Origin: a virus
DNA length: 60,693 nt
IMG/VR virus record: IMGVR_UViG_3300029604_000003
Reading direction: 5' to 3' (one strand)
Position 1 is the stretch's first letter, and each line of letters begins with the position of its first letter. Below are positions 36,024 to 44,009 of this stretch, piece after piece. Made by a program: the position numbers and the translations under genes. The notes beneath the pieces are model-generated. The model was given only the letters and a program-made list of their open reading frames with translations, was not told where the DNA came from and made no database searches.

Positions 36024-36290
36024 TTATTCAGGTTTATTCATTGGGAAGTTCTCATCCCTAGACATTTTTATCCAGTTGTAGAATCGCTCAAAACAATTAG
36101 GGCAAAGATCCATAACTGCTGGCATGTCAGTAAGCTTATCGCCACTCTGTGTGCTTAACTGAGAAGCTGACTCCGGAAACTTGTTTTCTCCAGCATTATT
36201 TTTCCACCATACAGTAATGCCATCATATACCGGGTTCTCTTTTTCACAGTATACATTGCCACATAAATCGCATTTACAAATTCCTCTCAT
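36024..36290 (-). CDS. Zinc-ribbon protein, paralog pair member (88 aa)
   Basis: CKCDLCGNVY...YDGI.VWW...MDLCPNCFERFYNWIK is a paralog of 36290-36541. Confidence 0.55.
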   Translation of the reverse strand: MRGICKCDLCGNVYCEKENPVYDGITVWWKNNAGENKFPESASQLSTQSGDKLTDMPAVMDLCPNCFERFYNWIKMSRDENFPMNKPE

Positions 36291-36541
36291 TATTTGTTCT
36301 CCTCCTTAAATGATTTAATCCAGTCACAGAACCGTCCAAAGCAGGCAGGACATACATCCATCATCTCTGGAGATCCTTTCATTGTTTCTCCATTCGGTTC
36401 AATAATATCATACTTTCGGTTTCCATGCATAGTAGTGCCAGTCTCTTGATCAGTATACCAAATCATGATTCCATCATAGTTCTTGTTCTCATCTTGGTGA
36501 TACACTTTTCCACAAATATCACATTTACAAAATCCAATCAT
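36290..36541 (-). CDS. Zinc-ribbon protein, paralog pair member (83 aa)
   Basis: MIGFCKCDICGKVY...YDGIMIWY...MDVCPACFGRFCDWIK. The start is trimmed to the ATG at 36541, because the longer track ORF overlaps the upstream gene. Confidence 0.55.
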   Translation of the reverse strand: MIGFCKCDICGKVYHQDENKNYDGIMIWYTDQETGTTMHGNRKYDIIEPNGETMKGSPEMMDVCPACFGRFCDWIKSFKEENK

Positions 36542-36554
36542 ACCTAGACCCCCC

Positions 36555-37025
36555 TTAAAATTCCTTATAGTATTTTGACGTAAGCTTCTTGATTTTCTTA
36601 ACAAATGACTTACTCTTGCTGCTTTTAGCATAGCTAGTTTTGTCAGTATAATCTTCAAAATCAATATCGTATTCACTGCAATAATTCCATGTAGAAGTAA
36701 CATATACACTTTCCCTAACGTTTCCGCCATAAGCATTGGACGCTGTATAATCCACCTTCCAAGTGATCGTCCTATAGCTATCAAGAATACCGCACGCCGC
36801 ATACACTTCAAAATTATCCTTATTTAGCACATATTTAACCTTACTAATTTTCTTTATTTTAAATGAATCTGGGTTTAACAGTTCACTATCCTGGAAGACA
36901 GCTAATGTGTAAGCTAAATTCTTTTCGGCCTTGGTGTATTTAGTTTTTGCATTTACCGGTTGAACTATAGTCAAACATACAATGACTGCAAGTAATAAGT
37001 ATAACCCTTTACTAATTTTCTTCAT
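36555..37025 (-). CDS. Secreted protein with N-terminal signal peptide (156 aa)
   Basis: MKKISKGLYLLLAVIVCLTIVQPVNA|KTKY has a basic n-region, a hydrophobic core and an AxA-like cleavage site. The start ATG at 37025 follows GGAGGAATTTAAA. Confidence 0.55.
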   Translation of the reverse strand: MKKISKGLYLLLAVIVCLTIVQPVNAKTKYTKAEKNLAYTLAVFQDSELLNPDSFKIKKISKVKYVLNKDNFEVYAACGILDSYRTITWKVDYTASNAYGGNVRESVYVTSTWNYCSEYDIDFEDYTDKTSYAKSSKSKSFVKKIKKLTSKYYKEF

Positions 37026-37026
37026 T

Positions 37027-37434
37027 TTAAATTCCTCCATTTTTATTCTGCTCTTCTTCACGTCTTTGGCGCATAAAGTCATTGAGCTGAATAAGTATTT
37101 TCTTTTCAATCGTATCGCCGATACCAGGTATGGTTGTAAGTCTGTTATACTTAACCCATTCAATCAGCTCTTTAATGTCTTTAGCTCCTCTTTTAACTAA
37201 GAATTTTCTAGTTCTAGGTGTAATTGACTGTAGATATCTGAGATCGTATGGATCTTTATAGACTTCTTCACCACGGAATAGCCGTACCTTAGTAATTATC
37301 TCATATATTCGCTGTGTAGAGACATATTCGTCCATCGCTATCATGCGAACGCTGTCTCCACTCTGCCAACGATTGAAGATTTCCAGATCGCGTTCCGTTA
37401 CAGTCCAGTTACTCATTTTTCTTTTGTCGCACAT
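37027..37434 (-). CDS. Putative transcription factor: sigma region-4-like HTH plus helix-hairpin-helix (135 aa)
   Basis: VTERDLEIFNRWQSGDSVRMIAMDEYVSTQRIYEI resembles sigma-70 region 4 / LuxR-type HTH. TIPGIGDTIEKKI is an HhH (GIG) motif. Confidence 0.45.
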   Translation of the reverse strand: MCDKRKMSNWTVTERDLEIFNRWQSGDSVRMIAMDEYVSTQRIYEIITKVRLFRGEEVYKDPYDLRYLQSITPRTRKFLVKRGAKDIKELIEWVKYNRLTTIPGIGDTIEKKILIQLNDFMRQRREEEQNKNGGI

Positions 37435-37445
37435 AGAAGAACCCC

Positions 37446-38129
37446 CTATTCTGTTACTTTCTTTATAGCAATATCAATTGTGTTCTTAATAGGCATACGC
37501 ATATCTGCCGCATTGTCGAGTTCTTTCTTCTCCACAGAGATGCTGAATCCTAATTTATCCTTAACAGAATCGAAATGAACTCCTAATCCTGTTATAGCTA
37601 CACCTGTTTTGACACCGGTTTCAGACTTAATATTGTTGAGCCCTTTATAAACCGCCCTTACTGAGTCAAAGGCATTGTTCACAATATCATGCTCTACTGG
37701 ATCGTCTTTAGGGAAGCTAACACTTGCACCGTCAGTTGTAACCTCGATGTTTGCTTTCAGCTGAGAATTTGTCTCAATTTTATTGATGTATGTATAGATG
37801 TCGGATATATCTTTAGCCACACACTCAGTCCCGCATTTCACTGAATCATCTATTTTGAACATCAGGTATACGCACATACTTTCGATATCTTGGTATAAAC
37901 CAATATCAGTAATATTATAGATATTAGACTTTAAATCGTTAATGCCAAAAGCGTCCAGGATTTCTTTTTCTGATTCCACCCCTAAACGATCTAAAAGTTC
38001 GAACCATATAACATTGCCTGATAAGACTCCATAATTACTTTGAGTAATCGTGTAAAGTCTATCGATCAGCGCATTGACAGAACTCTTTTTATATGGAATC
38101 ATGTCACATTTCAAATAAACTTCTTTCAT
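37446..38129 (-). CDS. Hypothetical protein, paralog pair A (227 aa)
   Basis: Shares N-terminal ~95-aa similarity with 38146-38691 (V..L..R...I.....GVL(S/T)G..IW...L..L....E.EI(L/I)DAFG). The start ATG at 38129 has the GGGGGTCAAAATG context. Confidence 0.55.
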   Translation of the reverse strand: MKEVYLKCDMIPYKKSSVNALIDRLYTITQSNYGVLSGNVIWFELLDRLGVESEKEILDAFGINDLKSNIYNITDIGLYQDIESMCVYLMFKIDDSVKCGTECVAKDISDIYTYINKIETNSQLKANIEVTTDGASVSFPKDDPVEHDIVNNAFDSVRAVYKGLNNIKSETGVKTGVAITGLGVHFDSVKDKLGFSISVEKKELDNAADMRMPIKNTIDIAIKKVTE

Positions 38130-38145
38130 TTTGACCCCCACTTTT

Positions 38146-38691
38146 TTAATCAATCATTTTTCTCATAACATCATCCAGTGCGTTCTCAATTGGAATCGTT
38201 ATATCTACAGCTTCGTCGAGTGTAAACTTCTGAATAATGATCCGGTATACAAGGTTGTCCTTAGAAGCTTCAATTTCTATACCGTCGGTTGTAATTTTAG
38301 CAGCTATTTTGACATCTGTCTTCTCCTGAAGTTCATTAAGCCTTGCGTAGACTTTTGCAAATGCCTCAGCAGCTTTACTATTGTCGATATTTTCTTCATT
38401 GGCATTACGTACATTGAACAGTAAGTATGTGTCATATGTCTTAGCATCTTTGTACAATACAACCGACTTGATATCATATATTTTGTCATCTAAACTGAAA
38501 AGACCAAAAGCATCAATGATCTCCTGTTCAGTGTTAATGTCTAAAGCGTGTAAGATATTTCTCCATATCATTTGCCCTGTGAGGACACCATCAGTGCTAT
38601 TGATAAGCGTCTCAAATCGTCTGAGCAACACGTTAACGGAATCCATCTTCTCCCGTACAAAGTCACTGTCTAAGTATATTGCGTTCTTCAT
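38146..38691 (-). CDS. Hypothetical protein, paralog pair B (181 aa)
   Basis: Paralog of 37446-38129. The start ATG at 38691 follows AAGGAG. Confidence 0.55.
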   Translation of the reverse strand: MKNAIYLDSDFVREKMDSVNVLLRRFETLINSTDGVLTGQMIWRNILHALDINTEQEIIDAFGLFSLDDKIYDIKSVVLYKDAKTYDTYLLFNVRNANEENIDNSKAAEAFAKVYARLNELQEKTDVKIAAKITTDGIEIEASKDNLVYRIIIQKFTLDEAVDITIPIENALDDVMRKMID

Positions 38692-38828
38692 TTCTTTTTC
38701 TCCTTCTTTACAAATATATTTGCCAGACATTTACCGCATAAGTTTTGCGTTGGTACGCCTTGAAAGAACTCTAACTCTGTAAGTTCGTTTTCCTCACATA
38801 CCTCACCGCATCCATCACATCTATACAC
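38688..38828 (-). CDS. Small zinc-ribbon protein (46 aa), not in ORF track
   Basis: The GTG-start ORF YRCDGCGEVCEENELTELEFFQGVPTQNLCGKCLANIF... has CxxC...CxxC. Its stop overlaps the next ATG (ATGA). Confidence 0.3.
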   Translation of the reverse strand: MYRCDGCGEVCEENELTELEFFQGVPTQNLCGKCLANIFVKKEKKK

Positions 38829-39171
38829 TGTAACCTCCCTGGTTATACTTCGTAGCACCATAAACTTTGTTAAGCATCCTTTTCATTTCCTCGGCTGTCA
38901 TAGATCCTATGTCACTTTTATTGCTTCCTATAGGCTGTCCAATATATTCTATAACTGGCTTACCCTTGAACTTAAGCTGGCCATCCATAGTTAAATCGGT
39001 ATTGTACTTGTAAAACGCGTGATCCTTGAAATACTCCACAAGGGCATCCATATGTTCATGTTCAATAGCAATGAAGTCTGCATCTGGGTTTTTGTTATAT
39101 TCTGTCGCTACAGCGATTGAAGCGGTTGCTATATAGCATGTATAATGGCTATTGTAATTTGTAGTACTCAT
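38821..39171 (-). CDS. Hypothetical early protein (116 aa)
   Basis: Minus-strand ORF with the GGAAGGAGTCAAAATG start context. Confidence 0.55.
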   Translation of the reverse strand: MSTTNYNSHYTCYIATASIAVATEYNKNPDADFIAIEHEHMDALVEYFKDHAFYKYNTDLTMDGQLKFKGKPVIEYIGQPIGSNKSDIGSMTAEEMKRMLNKVYGATKYNQGGYSV

Positions 39172-39268
39172 TTTGACTCCTTCCTACGGTCCTAGACCGC
39201 CCTTAGTAGCACCACTGCTGCCAAGGGTAATCTAATACACCGTCACTAAACATTATTTGTTCATCGAT

Positions 39269-40237
39269 TCATCTCTGTGATACTTCGCCGTAAATGCAAC
39301 CATCACAGTTGAAGTCGATCAGTAATGTTCTTTCATTTTCACCAGTTTCTTCATTCGGAACCATAACCCACTTGGTCAGGAATGTTACATTGTTGTCGAA
39401 CTTGCCATAGTCCGGATCTTTCTGGCTTCTGTATCTCCAACCATGTGTAAGACCAATGTCAGTAGGCTTCAGACCAATCATACGGTATACGTCATTAAGT
39501 GTCAGGATTCCTTCGCATTTTAACCGTGTATCTGCTTCCTTCTCACGCTGTGCAAGCATGAATTCATTTTGAGGGTTGTCATTGAACCACTCAGTAGAGT
39601 TCTCTCTGTTAAAGAGTCTTGCATACGGTGAGCCACCAAAGTTTCTGATAATCTCCTGCTCCTCAGTTACCTTCTTTTTCTCACCTGTCTCCGGATCTGT
39701 CTCAGTCTTCTTAACTGTCTTCTTTTCAGATCCATACAGCATTTCCTTGTCAACTTCTTCGCCGTACTTGTTGATTACATTTTGACGGTATGTCTGATAA
39801 GCCTTAACAATTGCTGCACAAGATGCTGCTAATGCCGCCTGACGCTGTTTCATAATATGATGAGATCCAAGAATGAGCCCGATAGATGCTACCTCAAGAA
39901 TTGCAGGTCCAACATAAAGCTTAACATACTCTAATGCTGTTTTACGCTTTAAGAGAACCATATCGTTTGCTGCATCTTCTCTTGTGTAAGGCTTATCGAG
40001 AGAATCCGGATCTTCTTCATACTTTGCTACTGTCTCTACGATCTTCTGTTTTGTAGCTTCTTCGTTTCTCTGTACTGCTGCAACTTTGAGTGTTGCTCTC
40101 TGTGTCATAATCAGAGCTCCAATACCTGCTCCAATACCTGCAATTAGCATGATCTCTGGAGAGTTCATTTTGGTCCAGGCCTTAGTATGGCCTACTACTG
40201 TTGATAAACTTGTTACTGCTGTGTCTAATGCTTTCAT
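39269..40237 (-). CDS. Two-TM membrane protein, paralog family member 1 (322 aa)
   Basis: Shares an architecture with 43165-43995 and 44010-44840: a short N-terminal segment, TM1 (IMLIAGIGAGIGALIM), TM2 (VGPAILEVASIGLILGS), a helix, then a C-terminal domain containing GW. From unverified memory this may be Pfam DUF6353. Confidence 0.6.
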   Translation of the reverse strand: MKALDTAVTSLSTVVGHTKAWTKMNSPEIMLIAGIGAGIGALIMTQRATLKVAAVQRNEEATKQKIVETVAKYEEDPDSLDKPYTREDAANDMVLLKRKTALEYVKLYVGPAILEVASIGLILGSHHIMKQRQAALAASCAAIVKAYQTYRQNVINKYGEEVDKEMLYGSEKKTVKKTETDPETGEKKKVTEEQEIIRNFGGSPYARLFNRENSTEWFNDNPQNEFMLAQREKEADTRLKCEGILTLNDVYRMIGLKPTDIGLTHGWRYRSQKDPDYGKFDNNVTFLTKWVMVPNEETGENERTLLIDFNCDGCIYGEVSQR

Positions 40238-40456
40238 TTATTTTTCCTCCTTATTTACAATTTCTAAGTACTGCTCTCTCCAATTGAATACGTTGGTTAA
40301 GCAATATGATCCAAAACCGATTCTATCGTCATCCTCGCCAAGCAGATGGTAAAGAATTTCGAAATACGGTTCTTCTTTTGTTCCGGAAACGATGATAATC
40401 GCCTTATCAACTTTTGCTTTATCGGCTTTTACAGTTGCCGAATTTTTAGTTCCCAT
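40238..40456 (-). CDS. Hypothetical early protein (72 aa)
   Basis: Minus-strand ORF with the GGAGGAATTCAAAATG start context. Confidence 0.5.
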   Translation of the reverse strand: MGTKNSATVKADKAKVDKAIIIVSGTKEEPYFEILYHLLGEDDDRIGFGSYCLTNVFNWREQYLEIVNKEEK

Positions 40457-40474
40457 TTTGAATTCCTCCTTCTG

Positions 40475-41440
40475 TTAGAAATAAGCATACCATTCTTCGC
40501 CATTTAAACGATCCACATAATCAATGGCATTGTTGTCCTTATAAACGAAAATTAAACCATATTCATCCCCATCCTTAGAAAATACAAAGTTCTTGAAACA
40601 TTTTTTCCATGCAATGGTTCTTGTGAATTCACCGACTACACCTTTGAAGTTAGGATATGATTTAAGCATAACATATATAATTGAAAACGCTTTAATCTCT
40701 TCTTTATTAAGTGCATTAAAGAAATTTCCGACAAACAGATCTCTAGCTAATCGGCTTTCGAATCGAATCAATGTACATGCCCCAGGACACATCTTTGCAG
40801 AATAGTATACTTTCATTTTACCAAAATCTTTCGTTTCGAATACAACACACATGTCTTTTGGTTTTGTTTCTTCGGCTTTCTGTTCCTTGTAGACAAATAT
40901 CAATTCATATTTGCCATCCGCTTCCTTGATAGCGAATCTGTCATGAACCTTTTCCCATGGTACAAGTTCATCCCAATTGTTCAATTTGTTTCCTTTTGTG
41001 AACTTGAACTTCATCTCTAAGCATGCGTCTGCGATTGAGAATTCGTCGTATCCTTCACTGATCATATTGTAAAATACGCTCTTGAATTCTTCTGCAGCAT
41101 CCTTTGTTTCGAAGATTAACTTCATTGGCATTCCTTTAGGATTCGTTCCTGCGAATATCCATATACGTCCGTACTCTTTTGAATACCATGTATCCCACAG
41201 TTTCTCTGCTGCATCGCATGTTGCATCCATATCTGCAATCAGATAGTCCAGATAATTCCGAGCTTTCTTCAGATCCTCAACACCATTTTTCTTCTGGAAC
41301 CGAAGCAGATACTTCATAGAATTCCATAACATTGCGGCCTGCTTGCCTGGCAGGTCCTTAACCACATCATTCAGAATATCAATAGCCTCAACGCCAGCAA
41401 TATTCTGATAATGATCTGGATGATTTACTTTGTTTCCCAT
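40475..41440 (-). CDS. DUF3310-like N-terminal domain protein with duplicated C-terminal domain (321 aa)
   Basis: NHPDHYQ...IEAIDI......MLWNSMKYLLRFQKKNGVEDLKKARNYLDYL matches the DUF3310 pattern as I recall it. Two C-terminal segments each end in (Y)(E/G)LIFVYK(E/D). Confidence 0.5.
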   Translation of the reverse strand: MGNKVNHPDHYQNIAGVEAIDILNDVVKDLPGKQAAMLWNSMKYLLRFQKKNGVEDLKKARNYLDYLIADMDATCDAAEKLWDTWYSKEYGRIWIFAGTNPKGMPMKLIFETKDAAEEFKSVFYNMISEGYDEFSIADACLEMKFKFTKGNKLNNWDELVPWEKVHDRFAIKEADGKYELIFVYKEQKAEETKPKDMCVVFETKDFGKMKVYYSAKMCPGACTLIRFESRLARDLFVGNFFNALNKEEIKAFSIIYVMLKSYPNFKGVVGEFTRTIAWKKCFKNFVFSKDGDEYGLIFVYKDNNAIDYVDRLNGEEWYAYF

Positions 41441-41452
41441 TTCTATACCTCT

Positions 41453-41650
41453 TTATTTTGTTGTTTCCAATGTGATACTCCTGTTGCACTGCGGACACTC
41501 CACGTAAGAATCCAAAAATACTGGTGAGTGTTTAATGTCTGGCAACTTATAATGACAGTGCTTAATATCTTCTTTCTCATAAGAGAATCTGCAGCCACAG
41601 TACTCACATTTAGTTACTGTTTTAGTTCCTGGTTCAATAATTTTGATCAT
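41453..41650 (-). CDS. Small zinc-ribbon protein, tandem triplet copy 3 (65 aa)
   Basis: MIKIIEPGTKTVTKCEYCGCRFSYEKEDI...CPQC. Confidence 0.6.
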   Translation of the reverse strand: MIKIIEPGTKTVTKCEYCGCRFSYEKEDIKHCHYKLPDIKHSPVFLDSYVECPQCNRSITLETTK

Positions 41651-41662
41651 TTCTATACCTCC

Positions 41663-41887
41663 TTATGCTCTCTGCATTTTAATTGAAATAACCGTAAGAT
41701 CCTTTCCGCACTGTGGGCACAATACATAATACTCAAATAATTTTGGAAGTTTTATAATACTTGGCGCACATCTATCAGGTGTCTTGTGTGGACGACTCTG
41801 AATATCTTCTTTCTCATAAGAGAACTTACAACCGCAGCTATTGCATTCGGCCACGGTTTTAGTTCCTGGTTCAATAATTTTAATCAT
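41663..41887 (-). CDS. Small zinc-ribbon protein, tandem triplet copy 2 (74 aa)
   Basis: MIKIIEPGTKTVAECNSCGCKFSYEKEDI...CPQC. The first ~90 nt are near-identical to copy 3. Confidence 0.6.
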   Translation of the reverse strand: MIKIIEPGTKTVAECNSCGCKFSYEKEDIQSRPHKTPDRCAPSIIKLPKLFEYYVLCPQCGKDLTVISIKMQRA

Positions 41888-41898
41888 TTTTGTCCTCC

Positions 41899-42081
41899 TT
41901 ATTTTGTTGTTATTATATATCTCTTACCACAATGTTGGCATTCAATATAAGATATAACTGCTTTTAATTCGCCTCTAGAATAAAGCTTATCTTCTTTGAT
42001 GTTTTCTCTATCCGAGAATCTACAACCGCAATTTTCACAATCATAAATAGTCCTGCTTCCAAACTCAATGATTTTGCTCAT
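41899..42081 (-). CDS. Small zinc-ribbon protein, tandem triplet copy 1 (60 aa, diverged)
   Basis: MSKIIEFGSRTIYDCENCGCRFSDRENI...CQHC. Confidence 0.55.
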   Translation of the reverse strand: MSKIIEFGSRTIYDCENCGCRFSDRENIKEDKLYSRGELKAVISYIECQHCGKRYIITTK

Positions 42082-42716
42082 TAGTCAAGTTCCTCCAATC
42101 TCGGCATCTCTAATACATATCCGCCGTCTCTAGACTTTCTAATATGAGCTCCACCAAGTTCATACCAACCATAATGGAAGTCATTTGCCTGTGTCGGAAT
42201 ACCAAGTGACTCGTATACATCTCCGACTGATACAGAATCATACTTGTCAAGATACTCAGTTAAGGTATCAAGAGTTAAATCTGCATCTGCTCGAGTCTTA
42301 AATCGGATGTTGTCCATATCGTATCTAGCCCGTCCTCGAGGAGCCGATCTACGTCTACGGTCATCAAACCTGTCATCGTACGATACTCGCTCTACGCTAC
42401 CACGACTGAAGCTACTACGTCCACGTGATCTACGTCTTGTATCGCCATAGAATGCCATGTTGATAGCACCTTCAACCATATCAACGAATGTGTCCTTTAA
42501 CGCTGGAATCAGAACATCATTAAAGATATACGATCCAACACCTTCGGATTCATCGCTTAAGAATGTTTCTCCGAATTTCTGACCCAGGGATTTTTTCTGA
42601 GTCGTTACTCTATTCTTTACCACTTTTTCAATCTTCTGACGCTCTTCAGATTTTGTAGATTTCTTATTTGTTGCCTTTGCGCCAGTAGCGATTGAGTTGC
42701 TCTCCAATCTTTCCAT
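42081..42716 (-). CDS. Hypothetical protein with Arg/Ser-rich central tract (211 aa)
   Basis: Minus-strand ORF. Its central tract reads RRRSRGRSSFSRGSVERVSYDDRFDDRRRRSAPRGRARYD. Confidence 0.55.
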   Translation of the reverse strand: MERLESNSIATGAKATNKKSTKSEERQKIEKVVKNRVTTQKKSLGQKFGETFLSDESEGVGSYIFNDVLIPALKDTFVDMVEGAINMAFYGDTRRRSRGRSSFSRGSVERVSYDDRFDDRRRRSAPRGRARYDMDNIRFKTRADADLTLDTLTEYLDKYDSVSVGDVYESLGIPTQANDFHYGWYELGGAHIRKSRDGGYVLEMPRLEELD

Positions 42717-42739
42717 TTTAGCTCCTTTCTAAGAAAAAA

Positions 42740-42770
42740 GTCTAAGACCATGTTTCCATGATCCCAGACC
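42740..42770 (-). terminator. Intrinsic terminator, GAAA-loop hairpin family
   Basis: The minus strand reads GTCTGGGATCATG-GAAA-CATGGTCTTAGAC (13 pairs including G-U) followed by TTTTTTC. Confidence 0.7.
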
Positions 42771-42795
42771 TTAAGATTTCCAATCTTGTTAAGTA

Positions 42796-43101
42796 CTACT
42801 TTTCGTTTTCAGTTTCATCCTGATCCTCATCAGTCTCTTCAGGTTCCGCTTCACGATAGTCTGCATCTTTAGAGTCTTTAAACCTCTTCAAGTCGGCTCT
42901 CTTTTCTTTTACCTTCTCGACTAACTTCATGCCTCCCTTAACTGCTGCTTTTCCAAGCGTATAAGTTCCGACAGCCGCTAATCCGATCAGTGCAATCCCA
43001 AGTTTGCCTAATGAATCGTCGTCCTTAGATTCCTCAGTTGCAGGCGTTGTGTTAACGTCCTCTGATACCATAACCTCTGTGTTCTCATGTAATTCTGACA
43101 T
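42796..43101 (-). CDS. Small acidic single-TM protein (101 aa)
   Basis: A central hydrophobic helix (LGIALIGLAAVGTYTLG) is flanked by acidic termini. Confidence 0.5.
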   Translation of the reverse strand: MSELHENTEVMVSEDVNTTPATEESKDDDSLGKLGIALIGLAAVGTYTLGKAAVKGGMKLVEKVKEKRADLKRFKDSKDADYREAEPEETDEDQDETENEK

Positions 43102-43137
43102 ACTTTTGTCCTCCTTAAATTTTTTGGTATATCTCTC

Positions 43138-43162
43138 ATTATAATATATGATTTTTTTGCGA
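43138..43162 (-). promoter_or_regulatory. Promoter-like motif TCGCA-N14-TATAAT
   Basis: The minus strand reads TCGCA AAAAAATCATATAT TATAAT, followed by GAGAG. Confidence 0.55.
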
Positions 43163-43164
43163 CC

Positions 43165-43995
43165 CTACATTAACTCGCGGTAATCAAACCTCGGATTTGC
43201 GAAATATCCAATTGTCAGGCACGGCTTTCCATTCCTTAACGTTGAGTCGAACTGCACATCCACATAAGTGTCTGGTGACCATCCTACGTCATCTCCTACT
43301 TCTACGTGACTTGCATTTACTTCATCGTAGAATTCATTCAGAGATATAAACATCTCACCGCCAAGGAATCGATCCTTTATCTTTCCAACGGCCTGCAGTA
43401 TTTCTTCTCTTGTCGAATAGAACACATTGCCTGTATAGAGGTCAATACAAACCTCTTTTCCTTCTGGCATGCCATCAAACTTAGACTCTGAGATCTCTTT
43501 TACCTGTTCGTCCCTAGCAGCTTTGGTAGCTTTGACATCTGTCTTTGGTGATACCTTAGCTACATTTCTACGGTATCTGTCATATGCATTAGCCGTGAAC
43601 TCGTACATTGCTGTCATAGCTGTAAGTCTGGCTGTGCTGATTTTGTATGATCCGACGAATGCTGAGATGCTTAAAGCCCCTAAAATCACTGTAGGGACAT
43701 AGCACTTCCAGCAAGACTTTACTATCTGCTTTGGTCCAAGTTCCTCAAATCTATAAGCCATATCAGACTTTGCTACAGACATTGGAAGATCCTCATATTC
43801 GATCTCTCCATTTTCATATCTGTTTGCAATCTCATCATCCATTTTGTCAATTGCCATTGGCGTAGCTTTAACCGCACTGATTACAGTAGCAGCTAATCCT
43901 CCGATCCCAGCAATCATAAGAAGCATTGGTGCATTCTTATCGGCAATGACTGGAACCTTATTTGCCTCCTTAATTAAACTGTTTAATAAACTCAT
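43165..43995 (-). CDS. Two-TM membrane protein, paralog family member 2 (276 aa)
   Basis: Same architecture as 39269-40237 and 44010-44840 (TM1 MLLMIAGIGGLAATVISAV; TM2 VPTVILGALSISAFVGS). Confidence 0.6.
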   Translation of the reverse strand: MSLLNSLIKEANKVPVIADKNAPMLLMIAGIGGLAATVISAVKATPMAIDKMDDEIANRYENGEIEYEDLPMSVAKSDMAYRFEELGPKQIVKSCWKCYVPTVILGALSISAFVGSYKISTARLTAMTAMYEFTANAYDRYRRNVAKVSPKTDVKATKAARDEQVKEISESKFDGMPEGKEVCIDLYTGNVFYSTREEILQAVGKIKDRFLGGEMFISLNEFYDEVNASHVEVGDDVGWSPDTYVDVQFDSTLRNGKPCLTIGYFANPRFDYRELM

Positions 43996-44009
43996 TTTGT
44001 TCTCCTTTC

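Noticed and set aside
36542-36811. N-terminal extensions of track ORFs (36290-36811, 36555-37163, 25624-26097, 27792-31667, 9754-10761, 20958-21446, 49371-49679)
   Set aside because: The extensions overlap upstream genes or promoter regions and lack an RBS. Internal ATGs with AGGAG-type RBS and stop-start coupling give non-overlapping, paralog-consistent products.
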